Source: an uncultured cyanobacterium
GTDB taxonomy: Bacteria; Cyanobacteriota; Cyanobacteriia; Cyanobacteriales; Nostocaceae
Direction: 5' to 3'
NCBI GenBank assembly: GCA_963740315.1
Contig: CAVUDP010000002.1
Span: 3,584,001-3,648,000 of the forward strand
DNA: 64,000 nucleotides
Shown: positions 1 through 10,422 of the stretch, piece after piece
How the letters are laid out: each line of letters opens with the position of its first letter
Position numbering within the stretch: the stretch's first letter is position 1
Translations under genes and position numbers: made by a program
The notes under the pieces: generated by a model
The model's input: the letters and a program-made list of their open reading frames with translations, nothing else
The model's database searches: none
What the model was told of the DNA's origin: nothing

Positions 1-160
1 GTCCGACTGTAGCTAAGGCATACACTGGTCTTCTGGCACCCATTAACGCTAAGGCAGATGCCAAACTGAGGGTAATAGTTATCAGCCAAACCATTATTTG
101 ACCGTAGACATCGCCGAAGGTGAGAGTGCAGACAAAGCGATATTTTTGTAAGTTAATCAT
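1..160 (-). CDS. Conserved cyanobacterial membrane protein, 5' part (runs off window start)
   Basis: Manual translation from ATG at 160: MINLQKYRFVCTLTFGDVYGQIMVWLITITLSLASALALMGARRPVYALATVG; hydrophobic and open to position 1. Confidence 0.7.
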   Translation of the reverse strand, partial: MINLQKYRFVCTLTFGDVYGQIMVWLITITLSLASALALMGARRPVYALATVG

Positions 161-564
161 TTAATTGCCTCAATTCCATATATGCTTCTAGGTTAAAACC
201 ATGTTTGGGTTTTAGACGATTTCTAAATATTTTTGAAATAATTGTAATATCGCTTCACAAATAGTTGCTTTATGTCTATAAATTTACAAAAATAAATCTA
301 TCTTAAGATGGGAGTTGATAATTGGGTATGGGGCATTGAGAATAAAGTAAAATACTTTTTTAATATTTGTTTGTATATCTGTTAACTTTTAGTTGCTGCC
401 ATTGCCATTAATAATTATTCAATATATCAAGTTTTTGGGATTTAAATTAGATAATACTCCTTAATAATTTATCTTGTTTAGGTCTTATTTACCGGGTTGC
501 GCTTGATACTGATTTATTCTAAGAAAGCATCTGTTTTATTGTCTTCTTGTTTAAAACAGGTTAA

Positions 565-1692
565 TTATTGCTCAATTTTATCCATAGCTGACTCGGCTGA
601 TGCTTCCTCTTTCTTCAACGGTAAAGTAACAATAAAAGTCGTACCGATTCCAACTTCACTATCAACCGCGATCGTACCACCGTACAAATCTACCGACTGC
701 TTAACAATCGCTAAACCCAAACCAGTACCGGGAATTTTACCAACATTAGAAGCACGACGGAATGATTCAAATAAGTGAATTTGGTCTTGTAAGGGAATAC
801 CAATACCTTTGTCTTTGATTTTAAAGATAATATTTGCATCTTGAAAGATTAAATCAAAATCTACTGGAGTATCTAATGGTGAATATTTTATGGCATTAGT
901 AAGTAAATTTGTCAAAATGTGACGCAATAAATTTTCATCTAAATAAGCTTTTGTACGTTCACCTTGAATAGTATGATTAATTTCATGGTTAATGACAGCA
1001 CTTATTTGTATTTCTGCAACAAGTTGGTGACAAAACTCTTGTAAATCTAAAAGTTGTAAATTACACTTTTGTTCTATCAATTCTCCTTTAGTTAATATCA
1101 AAACATCATCTAAAGTATCGGTCATCTTTTTCGCAGATGCTTTGATGCGCGTAAATAATTCTTGTTTTTTTTCTGAAGTTAACTTATCGCCTCCACGATA
1201 AAGCATTTGCGCGTAAGCTAAAATTATATGTAGCGGATTGCGAAATTCATGAGATGCAACTGAGATAAAACGGCTTTTCAGTTCGTTGAGGTTTTGTAAA
1301 TGGTCGTTAGCAGCTTTCAATTTTAAAGATAATTGTCGCTTCTGTAATAGCGCTTCTACACGTACCTGCAATTCTACTTTTTCTATGGGGTTAATAATCA
1401 ACTCATCAATAGTTTTCCATAGATGTCGCGTGATCATTTTCACATCCGTGCGGGATGTTATTAAAAGAAACGGAAGAAAAACAGGTTCTTCTGCTTTTTT
1501 GGTTGCTTCTAACCAATCGCTGAATTTATCTAGAGCTATAGGACCAAGGATACATAAATCGAAAGAATGATGTAATTTTAATAAATCAGCATCGGCAGAT
1601 GGGGATAATACTTCATAGCCTGCTTCTTGTAGCGATCGCGATAGCAAATATCGATTCTGCTTATGTTCGAGGAGTAGTAAAATCTTTTTCAT
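565..1692 (-). CDS. Hybrid sensor histidine kinase (N-terminal pseudo-receiver + HisKA + HATPase_c)
   Basis: H-box SHEFRNPL, N-box NLLTNAIKYS, G1 DKGIGI, G2 GTGLGL; N-terminal receiver-like region lacks the phospho-Asp (LCILGP). Confidence 0.9.
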   Translation of the reverse strand: MKKILLLLEHKQNRYLLSRSLQEAGYEVLSPSADADLLKLHHSFDLCILGPIALDKFSDWLEATKKAEEPVFLPFLLITSRTDVKMITRHLWKTIDELIINPIEKVELQVRVEALLQKRQLSLKLKAANDHLQNLNELKSRFISVASHEFRNPLHIILAYAQMLYRGGDKLTSEKKQELFTRIKASAKKMTDTLDDVLILTKGELIEQKCNLQLLDLQEFCHQLVAEIQISAVINHEINHTIQGERTKAYLDENLLRHILTNLLTNAIKYSPLDTPVDFDLIFQDANIIFKIKDKGIGIPLQDQIHLFESFRRASNVGKIPGTGLGLAIVKQSVDLYGGTIAVDSEVGIGTTFIVTLPLKKEEASAESAMDKIEQ

Positions 1693-1694
1693 TT

Positions 1695-2057
1695 TTAATC
1701 CTCTAACAACCTTTTAATTAAAGTAAATAACTGTTTAATCACAAGTGGTTTAATTAGTATATTCCTAGCGCCGCAAACAACACTTTGATTTTGAATTACA
1801 GCATTTTGGCGAGGTGAAACAATTAAAAATGGTATTTGTTGATTTTGCAACTGTTCGCACCACTTCCAAATGCTGCTATCAAAACCAGTAATATCTATTA
1901 AACCCAAATTAATTTGAGCTTGACTCATAGCACGGTTAAATTCCTCCAAACCGCTTGCACTAATAACTTGATATCCTTCCCGACTCAAAAATTGATTAAG
2001 TAATTCTAAATTACGAACATTGCTGCTTACTGTCAAAATAAAAGGTTTGACATTCAT
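1695..2057 (-). CDS. Single-domain response regulator (atypical receiver)
   Basis: CheY-like pattern with LIDI, IVSP and IKP; start overlaps the upstream stop (ATGA). Confidence 0.8.
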   Translation of the reverse strand: MNVKPFILTVSSNVRNLELLNQFLSREGYQVISASGLEEFNRAMSQAQINLGLIDITGFDSSIWKWCEQLQNQQIPFLIVSPRQNAVIQNQSVVCGARNILIKPLVIKQLFTLIKRLLED

Positions 2058-3523
2058 TTTTTAGGATCGTTTCGATCTACCCATTCTGGCGTACCGCTAA
2101 GAATTTTTCGCAGATTAGTTAATGGTTTACCTACTTTAATACCGTAACGAGTTATTTCTATTTCTCGCAATGTTTTTTCAAAATCGGATAATCTCTTTTT
2201 CAATACGCCAATAGCTTTCTGCATTTCTCCATATATTTCTAAATAGCGTAAGAAAATAATATTATCTGCAATATAGCTAATGCCTAATTCAGTCGCACGG
2301 AAATCACCCGTAATATTCTCCGTTTCATTAACTAAAATTATCGTCACGCCCATATTTTGCAAATACTTACATAAAGCGTGCAAATGACTTGCTAAATCTG
2401 CTCCGCGCATTGCCAGTCGGTAGCCAGCAACGCTGTCAATCATCACAATCCGAGCTTTATTTTCTTCAACTTCATAACGTACTCGATCGGCAAATTCATC
2501 GTGAGTGAGGTGCAAAGGTTCCATTCTGGCGATCGATAAATTACCATTTGCAATCATCGCATGAATCGGAATATTTACTTTTTGAGAGCGAGCCACTAAA
2601 GTTTCTTCACTTTCCTCAAAAGTATAAACTATAGAACGTTCCCCTCTTCCTGCTGCTTCTTTCATAAACTGTAGTCCTAAAGTCGTTTTACCCACACCAG
2701 TTGGACCAGTTAAAATTGTTACAGTTCCTCGTTCGATACCACCGTGCAGCAATTCATCTAATTCCGGTACACCAGAAGAAATTGTTTCAAGATAAAATTC
2801 TCTCTTAAAAATTTGTGGCTGTAATTTCGGAGCAACCTGCATTCCCTTAGAAGTTAAACGTAGCGAATGTAAGCCAGCGAGAAAATCAGAACCGCGAAAC
2901 TTCGTAACGCTAATATTTCTTTCTTCTGAAGAGTTGTGAAGGTGAATTACTCCATCGCTAATAAACTGTAAATCATCATCGGGAGCTTCCGGGCTACTTT
3001 CAGAAGTAAATACTACTGTTGCACCAGCTTGCAACAAAAAACGCATAAATGACAATACCTGCTTGCGGAACTGGAAATCATCAGTACACAGATAGCGAAA
3101 CTGTGTCATCGAATCAATCAGAACTCGTGCCGGCTTAAGTGATTCTACAGTCTCGATAATTCTTTGAGTAGTAGGTTCCCGTTCAACTTCGGCTGGGGAG
3201 AAAATATCATAAGTTTGGACTTCGGTGAAAAAGTCCGCACCGGGGCTTAAATCCAAAAAATGGATTGCTTGAGTATCGAAACCCAGAATTGCACCATTAG
3301 TTTTGATTTGTTCTGCTGGTTCCCCTAAAGTGATATAAAGGCTTACTTCATCGTTTGCTATACCCGCATTCAAAAAATGCAATCCTAACATCGTTTTACC
3401 GCAACCCGGACCACCCCGTACCAAATAAGCTCGCTTCGGGATTAAACCCCCAGTAAGAATTTGATCGAAACCTGTAATTCCGGTAGATAAACGAGCTAAA
3501 TTCATTGAAAAAGTTTTTGTCAC
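2054..3523 (-). CDS. KaiC-like double-domain RecA-superfamily ATPase (start may be ATG 3505)
   Basis: Two P-loops GGPGCGKT and GPTGVGKT, Walker B IDS in both halves, KFRGS and KKRLS motifs. Confidence 0.9.
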   Translation of the reverse strand: MTKTFSMNLARLSTGITGFDQILTGGLIPKRAYLVRGGPGCGKTMLGLHFLNAGIANDEVSLYITLGEPAEQIKTNGAILGFDTQAIHFLDLSPGADFFTEVQTYDIFSPAEVEREPTTQRIIETVESLKPARVLIDSMTQFRYLCTDDFQFRKQVLSFMRFLLQAGATVVFTSESSPEAPDDDLQFISDGVIHLHNSSEERNISVTKFRGSDFLAGLHSLRLTSKGMQVAPKLQPQIFKREFYLETISSGVPELDELLHGGIERGTVTILTGPTGVGKTTLGLQFMKEAAGRGERSIVYTFEESEETLVARSQKVNIPIHAMIANGNLSIARMEPLHLTHDEFADRVRYEVEENKARIVMIDSVAGYRLAMRGADLASHLHALCKYLQNMGVTIILVNETENITGDFRATELGISYIADNIIFLRYLEIYGEMQKAIGVLKKRLSDFEKTLREIEITRYGIKVGKPLTNLRKILSGTPEWVDRNDPKK

Positions 3524-3570
3524 GTAAAATTAAATATCCATCAAATCGAAATTATTATACTTTGTCATTC

Positions 3571-3700
3571 TTAAAGGTTAAAGGTCTGCATGTTAAAGGT
3601 CAAAGGCTTTTAGATTGAGAGTTATGAGTTATGAGTTAGGAGTTAGGAGTTAGTAATAATTTAATCTTCCCCATCCCCTCATCCCCCATCTCCCCCTCTC
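3571..3700. repeat. Composite STRR cluster: TTAAAGG units with TCTGCATG core, GAGTTAG units, CCCCATC units
   Basis: Directly visible heptamer tandem repeats. Confidence 0.85.
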
Positions 3701-3767
3701 GCCCTGCTTGCTAAGATAAAGTAAAGCGGAATCATTTCACCTATAGATATTTGTGAGTTATAAGACT

Positions 3768-4331
3768 ATGCCCTCTGCGATCGCCGTTGAGAAGAAAAAA
3801 TTAAAAAATCCGCCCTTGAAACTTCATTACTTGGGCGATAAAGTTTTGCGACAACCTGCTAAGCGTATATCAAAAGTGGATGACGAAATTCGTCAATTAG
3901 CCAAAGAAATGTTGCAAACCATGTACAGCAGCGACGGTATCGGTTTGGCTGCACCCCAAGTGGGAGTTCATAAACAACTTATTGTTATGGATATTGAACC
4001 AGATAACCCAGCTAACCCTCCGTTAATTTTGATTAATCCGGTTATTAAAAAAGCTTACGGTAACATCTGCGTAGAACAAGAAGGATGTCTAAGTATTCCA
4101 GGCGTTTACCTGGATGTTAAGCGTCCGGAAATGGTAGAAGTTAGTTATAAAGATGAAAATGGTCGTCCTCAAACCTTGAAAGCTGGGGATTTGCTCGGAC
4201 GTTGTATCCAACACGAGATGGATCACCTTAACGGCGTAGTATTTGTAGACCGAGTAGAAAACGCTTTAGCATTGACACAAGAGCTATCAAAGAATGGTTT
4301 TTCCCATCAAGCTGTAAAATCAATAGCATAG
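3768..4331 (+). CDS. def: Peptide deformylase
   Basis: GIGLAAPQVG, EGCLS and QHEMDHL motifs. Confidence 0.97.
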   Translation: MPSAIAVEKKKLKNPPLKLHYLGDKVLRQPAKRISKVDDEIRQLAKEMLQTMYSSDGIGLAAPQVGVHKQLIVMDIEPDNPANPPLILINPVIKKAYGNICVEQEGCLSIPGVYLDVKRPEMVEVSYKDENGRPQTLKAGDLLGRCIQHEMDHLNGVVFVDRVENALALTQELSKNGFSHQAVKSIA

Positions 4332-4344
4332 AAGGGGAAATACT

Positions 4345-4551
4345 ATGAACACAATGACACCGATTAGCGGTTTGTTTTTACTGGGTTCTTGCGTTGCTGC
4401 GATCGCGGCAGTAGGTTCGATATTTGAACTTTCATCAGGACAACCAGATTTAGGAATGCAAAACACCGCCATTATCTTGGGAATTAGCATTCCACTAACA
4501 GCTTTGTTTTTCTTAGCCGCAGTCCGAGATGCACGAGCTAACATGAAATAA
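4345..4551 (+). CDS. Small two-TM membrane protein downstream of def
   Basis: 68 aa, two hydrophobic helices, purine-rich RBS-like GAAGGGG upstream. Confidence 0.75.
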   Translation: MNTMTPISGLFLLGSCVAAIAAVGSIFELSSGQPDLGMQNTAIILGISIPLTALFFLAAVRDARANMK

Positions 4552-4647
4552 GCATCAGGTACAAATAGGAAAAAGGCAAAAGAACGAAGATCGACTTTAT
4601 TCTTTTACCTTTTACCTATTTATTTTTTTTAATCGGGCATTGGGAAT

Positions 4648-4751
4648 AGGTTAAAGGTTAAAAGTTAAAGGTTAAAAGTTAAAGGTTAAAATTCCCCTTG
4701 TCCCCCCTCTCCCCATCTCCCCATCTCCCCATCCCCCCTCTCCCCATCTCC
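4648..4751. repeat. STRR arrays (GGTTAAA)n and (CCCCATCT)n
   Basis: Tandem units visible between convergent genes. Confidence 0.85.
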
Positions 4752-5546
4752 TCAATATCCCGAAATCCTCTCCCCATAACCGATTTCTACATCATCGAAA
4801 TAAATAATTCGAGAATCCACAATAGATTTGTGCGGACTGTATTTCCAGTCTGGCTTATATACACCAATCTTTAAATAAACGCCTGTTTCATCGTTATAAG
4901 TATTCGCGCCAATGCGATCGACAATTTTTTCTTCATCTTGCCAAACTTCTACTATTCCATCTTGTGAATAAGTCCATTTGATATGAAAAGTCCAATTAAC
5001 CCATTTACCTTTCAATTCATCTAAATATCCTTCCCATAGCATAGATTTGCCTTCGTTGGTATTGTTTACAGTTACTTCCTTAGAATCCCATTGGTTCTGT
5101 AATTTAATTTTATCGCCTTGAATTACCATATATAAAGGTGGACCTCGCCAAGTTTCACCTTTATCAAAATCAGGATAAGCGTGCCATTGAGTGATAATTT
5201 CAAAGGAATTGGGGTCAGTTTCCCAATCATCTGGGATAAACATTCTGAAGCGATACCAATTATCACCATTAGCTTCTTCTAAACGCCCTGCAAATTCGGA
5301 ACGCTTGCTGTTATGAACCTCTTTATCATTCCGTCGCAACTCGAATTTAACAGATTTTTTACCTTTATAAGACTCTGCGGTTGAATATTCGTAAGAATGT
5401 TTGCAGCAAGTTTCTAAAACATTCCAAATATCCCCTTTTTTAAATTTATCTCCCTCGAAATCAGAGAAAAAAGTACTTGCTTTTGAAGATTGATTTCCAA
5501 AGAATACAATTAAAAGAAAACAAATGCAACTAGCCGAGATTTTCAT
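4752..5546 (-). CDS. Secreted polysaccharide-lyase-like beta-jelly-roll protein
   Basis: Signal peptide; KRSE, WYRFRMFIP, IITQWH, YLKIGVY and IYFDDV motifs. Confidence 0.75.
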   Translation of the reverse strand: MKISASCICFLLIVFFGNQSSKASTFFSDFEGDKFKKGDIWNVLETCCKHSYEYSTAESYKGKKSVKFELRRNDKEVHNSKRSEFAGRLEEANGDNWYRFRMFIPDDWETDPNSFEIITQWHAYPDFDKGETWRGPPLYMVIQGDKIKLQNQWDSKEVTVNNTNEGKSMLWEGYLDELKGKWVNWTFHIKWTYSQDGIVEVWQDEEKIVDRIGANTYNDETGVYLKIGVYKPDWKYSPHKSIVDSRIIYFDDVEIGYGERISGY

Positions 5547-6055
5547 AGTAGAAACTTGAACAGTTCGTAGTATGTCACTAAGTCGCTTCTCACAATTAAC
5601 GAGCCACAGGGGCTACGCAATTATATGAAGCGATCGTAGAAATTTTTAACCCTGACACAAGACAAACAACCTGTAGGGAATCAGGCTTTTAACTTTCAAT
5701 AATATCTATAACACTATAGCGTATTTATATTATGTATTATGCAAATAAATTTAATTATTAGTAATACATAAAAACTTTTTTTGCTTTGATAAATGTATTT
5801 TTTATTATGCTAAAGTGGTAATGTTTTTTAAGAGTATTTTTCTACCAAGGCTAATTATTTAACAATTAAAATAAAACTATTGTGCAAAAAATTGTACGCG
5901 ATCGCATCCGGCTTTTAGCTTAGAGAATCATCTAATTACCAATTAATAATTCCCTAATCTCCACAAGTTTTCCAAAAATAAAAACGGATTTATTCGTATG
6001 CTTTTATAAAATAATTAAAGACGCGATGGTTAAAAAATCCTGCTAATCTACAATT

Positions 6056-6901
6056 ATGATGTCCATACCAAATTCAACACAAAATCAACTACTGCGAATT
6101 TCTCAGGGACAACTTAACTTATTAGAACGTTGTCCCCGTCAGTTTCAACATACTTATTTAGAACAACTGCGCCCTCCGATAAATCCCGAATATGAAGAAA
6201 AACAGTTGCTGGGAAGTCGCTTTCACTTGTTAATGCAGCAGCGAGAAATTGGTTTAGAAATTGCTAGCTTTTTGCAAAACGATAGTCAATTGCAAAGTTG
6301 GATGAAGGCATATGAGCGATCGGCACCGGACATTTTAACGGATGCTACTGAGAATGAAACCTTTCGCGAAAGCGAACATTACCGCACGTTTCAAGTTGAA
6401 AACTATCTGCTTACCGTTATTTACGATCTATTGATTGCGGATAAAGAAAAAGCACAGATTCTGGACTGGAAAACTTATCCTAAGCCACAAAATAAACGAT
6501 CGCTGCAATACGACTGGCAGACACGTCTTTATATGTACGTACTAGCGGAAAGCAGCAACTATCCACCAGAAAATATTTCGATGACTTATTGGTTTGTGCA
6601 ATCCGAAAGCAAACTCAACAGCATAAAATTCAGCTATAGTTCCCTACAGCATCAGCAAACCGAAAATAAACTCAATCAACTTTTAAAAAAACTAACGGTG
6701 GGGCTGCAAGCTTATCAACAGGGAGAACAATTTCCCCAAGTATCCGAAGGTAGCAAAACGTGCAATTATTGTCAGTATGCTGCCCGCTGTCAAAGAGTTA
6801 CTGTTAAATCTGGGGAAAAATCATCGTCTCAAAATTTACCTGGAGTCGATAATATCTTGATGAACTTAGATAATATTCAAGAAGTACCCCTAAATGGTTG
6901 A
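6056..6901 (+). CDS. PD-(D/E)XK nuclease superfamily protein (AddB/Cas4-like, probable Fe-S cluster)
   Basis: CPRQF, G.RFH, YDLL...DWKT, QTRLY and C-terminal CNYCQYAARC. Confidence 0.85.
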   Translation: MMSIPNSTQNQLLRISQGQLNLLERCPRQFQHTYLEQLRPPINPEYEEKQLLGSRFHLLMQQREIGLEIASFLQNDSQLQSWMKAYERSAPDILTDATENETFRESEHYRTFQVENYLLTVIYDLLIADKEKAQILDWKTYPKPQNKRSLQYDWQTRLYMYVLAESSNYPPENISMTYWFVQSESKLNSIKFSYSSLQHQQTENKLNQLLKKLTVGLQAYQQGEQFPQVSEGSKTCNYCQYAARCQRVTVKSGEKSSSQNLPGVDNILMNLDNIQEVPLNG

Positions 6902-6919
6902 TAACTTCTTAATTATTTT

Positions 6920-7027
6920 ATGTCCTCAGATAAAAATGCAGTATTTGTCCGTGAATTGAAAATTGATGACATTGCGCCAGTTTTCCATTTAGGCGAACAA
7001 TTATTTACCAGCGATTTATATCCTTAA
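6920..7027 (+). pseudogene. Truncated 5' remnant of a cyanobacterial GNAT acetyltransferase
   Basis: MSSDKNAVFVRELKIDDIAPVFHLGEQLFTSDLYP* resembles a recalled GNAT N-terminus, then stops. Confidence 0.6.
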
Positions 7028-7134
7028 TAAATAATATAATTTCCTTGTAAGTGTGATGTTTTAGAAACCCGTCTTGTCGAGGTGCAATTCTTCAATCTTC
7101 AATCTAAAATATAAAATATAAAATATAAAATCCT

Positions 7135-9525
7135 ATGTCCGAACAAAAGTGGATTCTAAAAACAACAGAAGAACCGCCAAAATCGTTTTTAGAACTAGTA
7201 AAACAATATATATCAACCTCGGAAGGAAATTTTGCAGCGCAATTATTATGGCAACGAGGAATTAGAGACAAAACTCAATTAGAAAATCATATTAATCCCC
7301 AAGCTTATCAACCAGCAAGTCCTTTTGAATTTGGACAAGAAATGCAGCTTGCGGTAGAAAGGTTGCTGATTGCGCGAAATAACAACGAAAAACTTGCAAT
7401 TTGGGGAGATTTCGACGCTGACGGTATCACCTCTACAGCAGTTTTGTGGGATGGTTTAGGACAGTTTTTTGCTAAAGATACGCAGCTAAGTTACTACATC
7501 CCCAATCGTTTAACAGAATCCCACGGATTAAATATTCCAGGCATTGAGAAGCTCAAACAGCAAGGATGCCAGCTAATCGTGACTTGCGACACGGGCAGCA
7601 CTAATATAGATGAAATTATCTATGCAAACGAGTTAGGCATAGACATTATTGTTACCGACCATCACACTTTATTGCCAGAACGCCCCCCCGTAGCAGCGAT
7701 TATTAATCCTCGCAACTTACCCGAATCCCATCAACTATTTCATCTTTCCGGAGTGGCAGTAGCTTACAAATTAGTAGAAGCTCTGTACATCAGCTTGCCA
7801 CAAACGGCGCAACAGCCCTTAAAAGATTTACTAGACTTAGTAGCAGTAGGATTAATTGCCGATTTAGTCCAGTTGAGCGGAGATTGTCGCTACTTAGCAC
7901 AATTAGGAATTGGGCAACTGCAACAAGACTTTAAAAAACCACCAGCAGCAAGAAGAAGACCTGGTGTAGGAAGACTACTAGAATTGTGCCAGAAAAATGG
8001 CGATCGCCCTACAGATATTTCCTTTGGCTTGGGACCGCGAATTAATGCTGTCAGCCGCATTCAAGGAGACGCGAGTTTTTGCGTAGAATTACTCACTAGC
8101 AGTAACCAAAAGCGTGTTTGCGAACTAGCAGAAATAACCGAACTCGCCAACAGTCGTCGTAAATCCCTGCAAAAAGACGTAGCGCGTCACGTTGAGCAAA
8201 AGCTTTCCCAAATAGACTTATCAACCACCAGCGTCATAGTTTTAGCAGATCCACAGTGGGCAGTTGGCGTTTTGGGATTAGTTGCCGGACAGGTAGCACA
8301 AGATACCGGAAGACCGACGGTTTTGTTGAGTACCGAAGTCGTGGAGGAAGAACTAGAGGGGGTAGATAAAAAAGATATTTCTCCCCATCCCCCCATCCCC
8401 CCATCTCCCAATCCCCCCATCCCTGCTTTAGCAAGGGGTTCGGCACGTTCGGTTAACTCGGTGGATTTATATCAATTAGTTAAACACCAAGCACATTTAC
8501 TGCATCGCTTTGGAGGGCATCCTTTTGCAGCAGGTTTGAGTATCCCGGTAGAAAATATTCCTTTATTTACAGAAGCGATAAATCAACAATTGCGACAAAT
8601 AACTGGAGGTGCAACACTAACATCAACAGTCGAAGCAGACTTAATCGTAACGGTAGCAGACTTAGGTAAAGAATTATTTTTAGAATTAAAATTACTTGAA
8701 CCCTGCGGAATGGGTAATCCGGTACCGAAATTATTGATCGAAAACTGTTGGTTTGAAAATACTTGGCATCGCAATCAGCAAGATTCGCGAGGTAAAAAAA
8801 TACAGTATATAAAAACAGAATTTGATATCCGCGACGACTCTACCAAAAATCGCTTTCCCGGCATCTGGTGGGGACATTATAAAGATGAATTACCACCCCA
8901 TAAATGCGACTGTATAGTTGAATTAGACTACAATACTTTCAAAAAACGTTACGAAATTCGACTAATCGCGGTACGTGCTGCCGAAAATGCCATAAATCCA
9001 ATTTCTCAGAATTATTCATCAATTCTAGATTGGCGCAATCTTTCCCCTAACAACTATCCATCATCATCCGACTTACCCCTTATGATTAAAGAATGTCCGA
9101 CTCGTTGGGATGATTTGCGAGTCTGGATGAGACGTTCCTTTTACAAACAGCAACCTGTAGCATTAGCCTGGTCAAAACCTAACCCCCAAGCACCAGAAGA
9201 AACCTGGTTAAAGCTTGTAGGAATCGCCAAATACTTGTGCCGTACAAATCAACCAGCAACCCGCATACAAATATTAGAAAAACTATCTATAAGTACCCAA
9301 ACATTACATTTAGGTTTTCAGGCTTTAAAAGCTTTAGGATTTACAATAAGATCGCAAGATAATTATTTAATATTTAGCCAGAATAACACAAATCCCACTC
9401 CTAAATTAGAAGCCGCGATCGATAAATTTACAGCAGCAGTACGCGAAGAAGAATTTCAAAAAACTTATTTTAACAAAGTCCCGGTGTCAATTATCAATTA
9501 TCAGTTAGCAGCGATTAGGGAGTAG
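7135..9525 (+). CDS. recJ: Single-stranded-DNA-specific exonuclease RecJ
   Basis: GDFDADG, TCDTG, TDHH (DHH), PRINA, GSARS and GGHPFAAG motifs. Confidence 0.95.
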   Translation: MSEQKWILKTTEEPPKSFLELVKQYISTSEGNFAAQLLWQRGIRDKTQLENHINPQAYQPASPFEFGQEMQLAVERLLIARNNNEKLAIWGDFDADGITSTAVLWDGLGQFFAKDTQLSYYIPNRLTESHGLNIPGIEKLKQQGCQLIVTCDTGSTNIDEIIYANELGIDIIVTDHHTLLPERPPVAAIINPRNLPESHQLFHLSGVAVAYKLVEALYISLPQTAQQPLKDLLDLVAVGLIADLVQLSGDCRYLAQLGIGQLQQDFKKPPAARRRPGVGRLLELCQKNGDRPTDISFGLGPRINAVSRIQGDASFCVELLTSSNQKRVCELAEITELANSRRKSLQKDVARHVEQKLSQIDLSTTSVIVLADPQWAVGVLGLVAGQVAQDTGRPTVLLSTEVVEEELEGVDKKDISPHPPIPPSPNPPIPALARGSARSVNSVDLYQLVKHQAHLLHRFGGHPFAAGLSIPVENIPLFTEAINQQLRQITGGATLTSTVEADLIVTVADLGKELFLELKLLEPCGMGNPVPKLLIENCWFENTWHRNQQDSRGKKIQYIKTEFDIRDDSTKNRFPGIWWGHYKDELPPHKCDCIVELDYNTFKKRYEIRLIAVRAAENAINPISQNYSSILDWRNLSPNNYPSSSDLPLMIKECPTRWDDLRVWMRRSFYKQQPVALAWSKPNPQAPEETWLKLVGIAKYLCRTNQPATRIQILEKLSISTQTLHLGFQALKALGFTIRSQDNYLIFSQNNTNPTPKLEAAIDKFTAAVREEEFQKTYFNKVPVSIINYQLAAIRE

Positions 9526-9707
9526 GGAGTAGGGAGTAGGGAGTAGGGAGTAGTAACTTGTTACCAGTAACCAGTGACCAATTAATAATTTAACTTCTAA
9601 CTTCTAACTCCTAACTCCTAACTCCTAACTCCTAACTCCTAACTCCTAACTCCTAACTCCTAACTCCTAAAGTCTCAATCCAAAATCTAAAATCCAAAAT
9701 CCAAAAT
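9517..9707. repeat. STRR cluster: (TAGGGAG)n, (CTCCTAA)n, (AAAATCC)n
   Basis: Tandem heptamers between convergent recJ and the YdcF-family gene. Confidence 0.9.
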
Positions 9708-9717
9708 CGTATAGCTC

Positions 9718-10422
9718 CTAACTCCCAACTTTCAAATTCCCTTGACGTTCGCATTTAAAACCGCGACTTTGCCATTCTTGTAAATTAACTTTACTTAGCG
9801 GTATGACGTTGGAACATTGTGGTTTGATGACTTGACTCAATCCCGCCCAAAATACGCTGCGAGTCACATCTAAACCAGTTTTCCACCAATATTCGCGATT
9901 TCCTGGAATACCAACTTCTTGAATTATGTCAGGTTCTACCCACATTCCATGAGCGCCTAAAAGTATTTGTGCTATCCATTTAGCTCGTGGTAAATGTGTT
10001 GTAGAGGTGATTAGTTTCACCTTATGCACGCCCCATTGCCGCAAAATTGGAATACTATAGTAAAAGTTGTCAAAAGTAGAGTTGGCACATTTCTCCAACC
10101 AAACTTTTTGCATAGGTGCAGATTGTCGTTGAAAAATTAACCAAATACAAGGATCTTTTGAACCGCTAGAAATTAAAATCGGAATTTGTGGGTATTTTTG
10201 TGCTAACTCGGCGACATACATTTCTCGTTTGATACTTCCACCCAAAACGAAAAAGGCATCTATAGGCTTGGAAGATGCAAAAAATACAGTTATAGTAGTA
10301 AAAAATAACCAGATAGCAAGCAATAGGCTAACACCAATTGCAAATTTTTGTAAAAAACGCCACCGTTTTTTATATTGACTTCTAACTTGAGGAAATTGGT
10401 GATTTTTTACTTTACGATTCAT
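9718..10422 (-). CDS. YdcF/DUF218 family membrane-anchored protein
   Basis: N-terminal TM, VLGG, ISSG, STFDN and ITSTTHLPRA motifs. Confidence 0.85.
   Translation of the reverse strand: MNRKVKNHQFPQVRSQYKKRWRFLQKFAIGVSLLLAIWLFFTTITVFFASSKPIDAFFVLGGSIKREMYVAELAQKYPQIPILISSGSKDPCIWLIFQRQSAPMQKVWLEKCANSTFDNFYYSIPILRQWGVHKVKLITSTTHLPRAKWIAQILLGAHGMWVEPDIIQEVGIPGNREYWWKTGLDVTRSVFWAGLSQVIKPQCSNVIPLSKVNLQEWQSRGFKCERQGNLKVGS

Noticed and set aside
2054..3523. Canonical circadian kaiC
   Set aside because: No kaiA or kaiB adjacent, S-Y instead of S-T at the phosphosite, short C-terminus
6056..6901. cas4 gene of a CRISPR system
   Set aside because: No cas1/cas2 or array nearby; fits a stand-alone PD-(D/E)XK Fe-S nuclease
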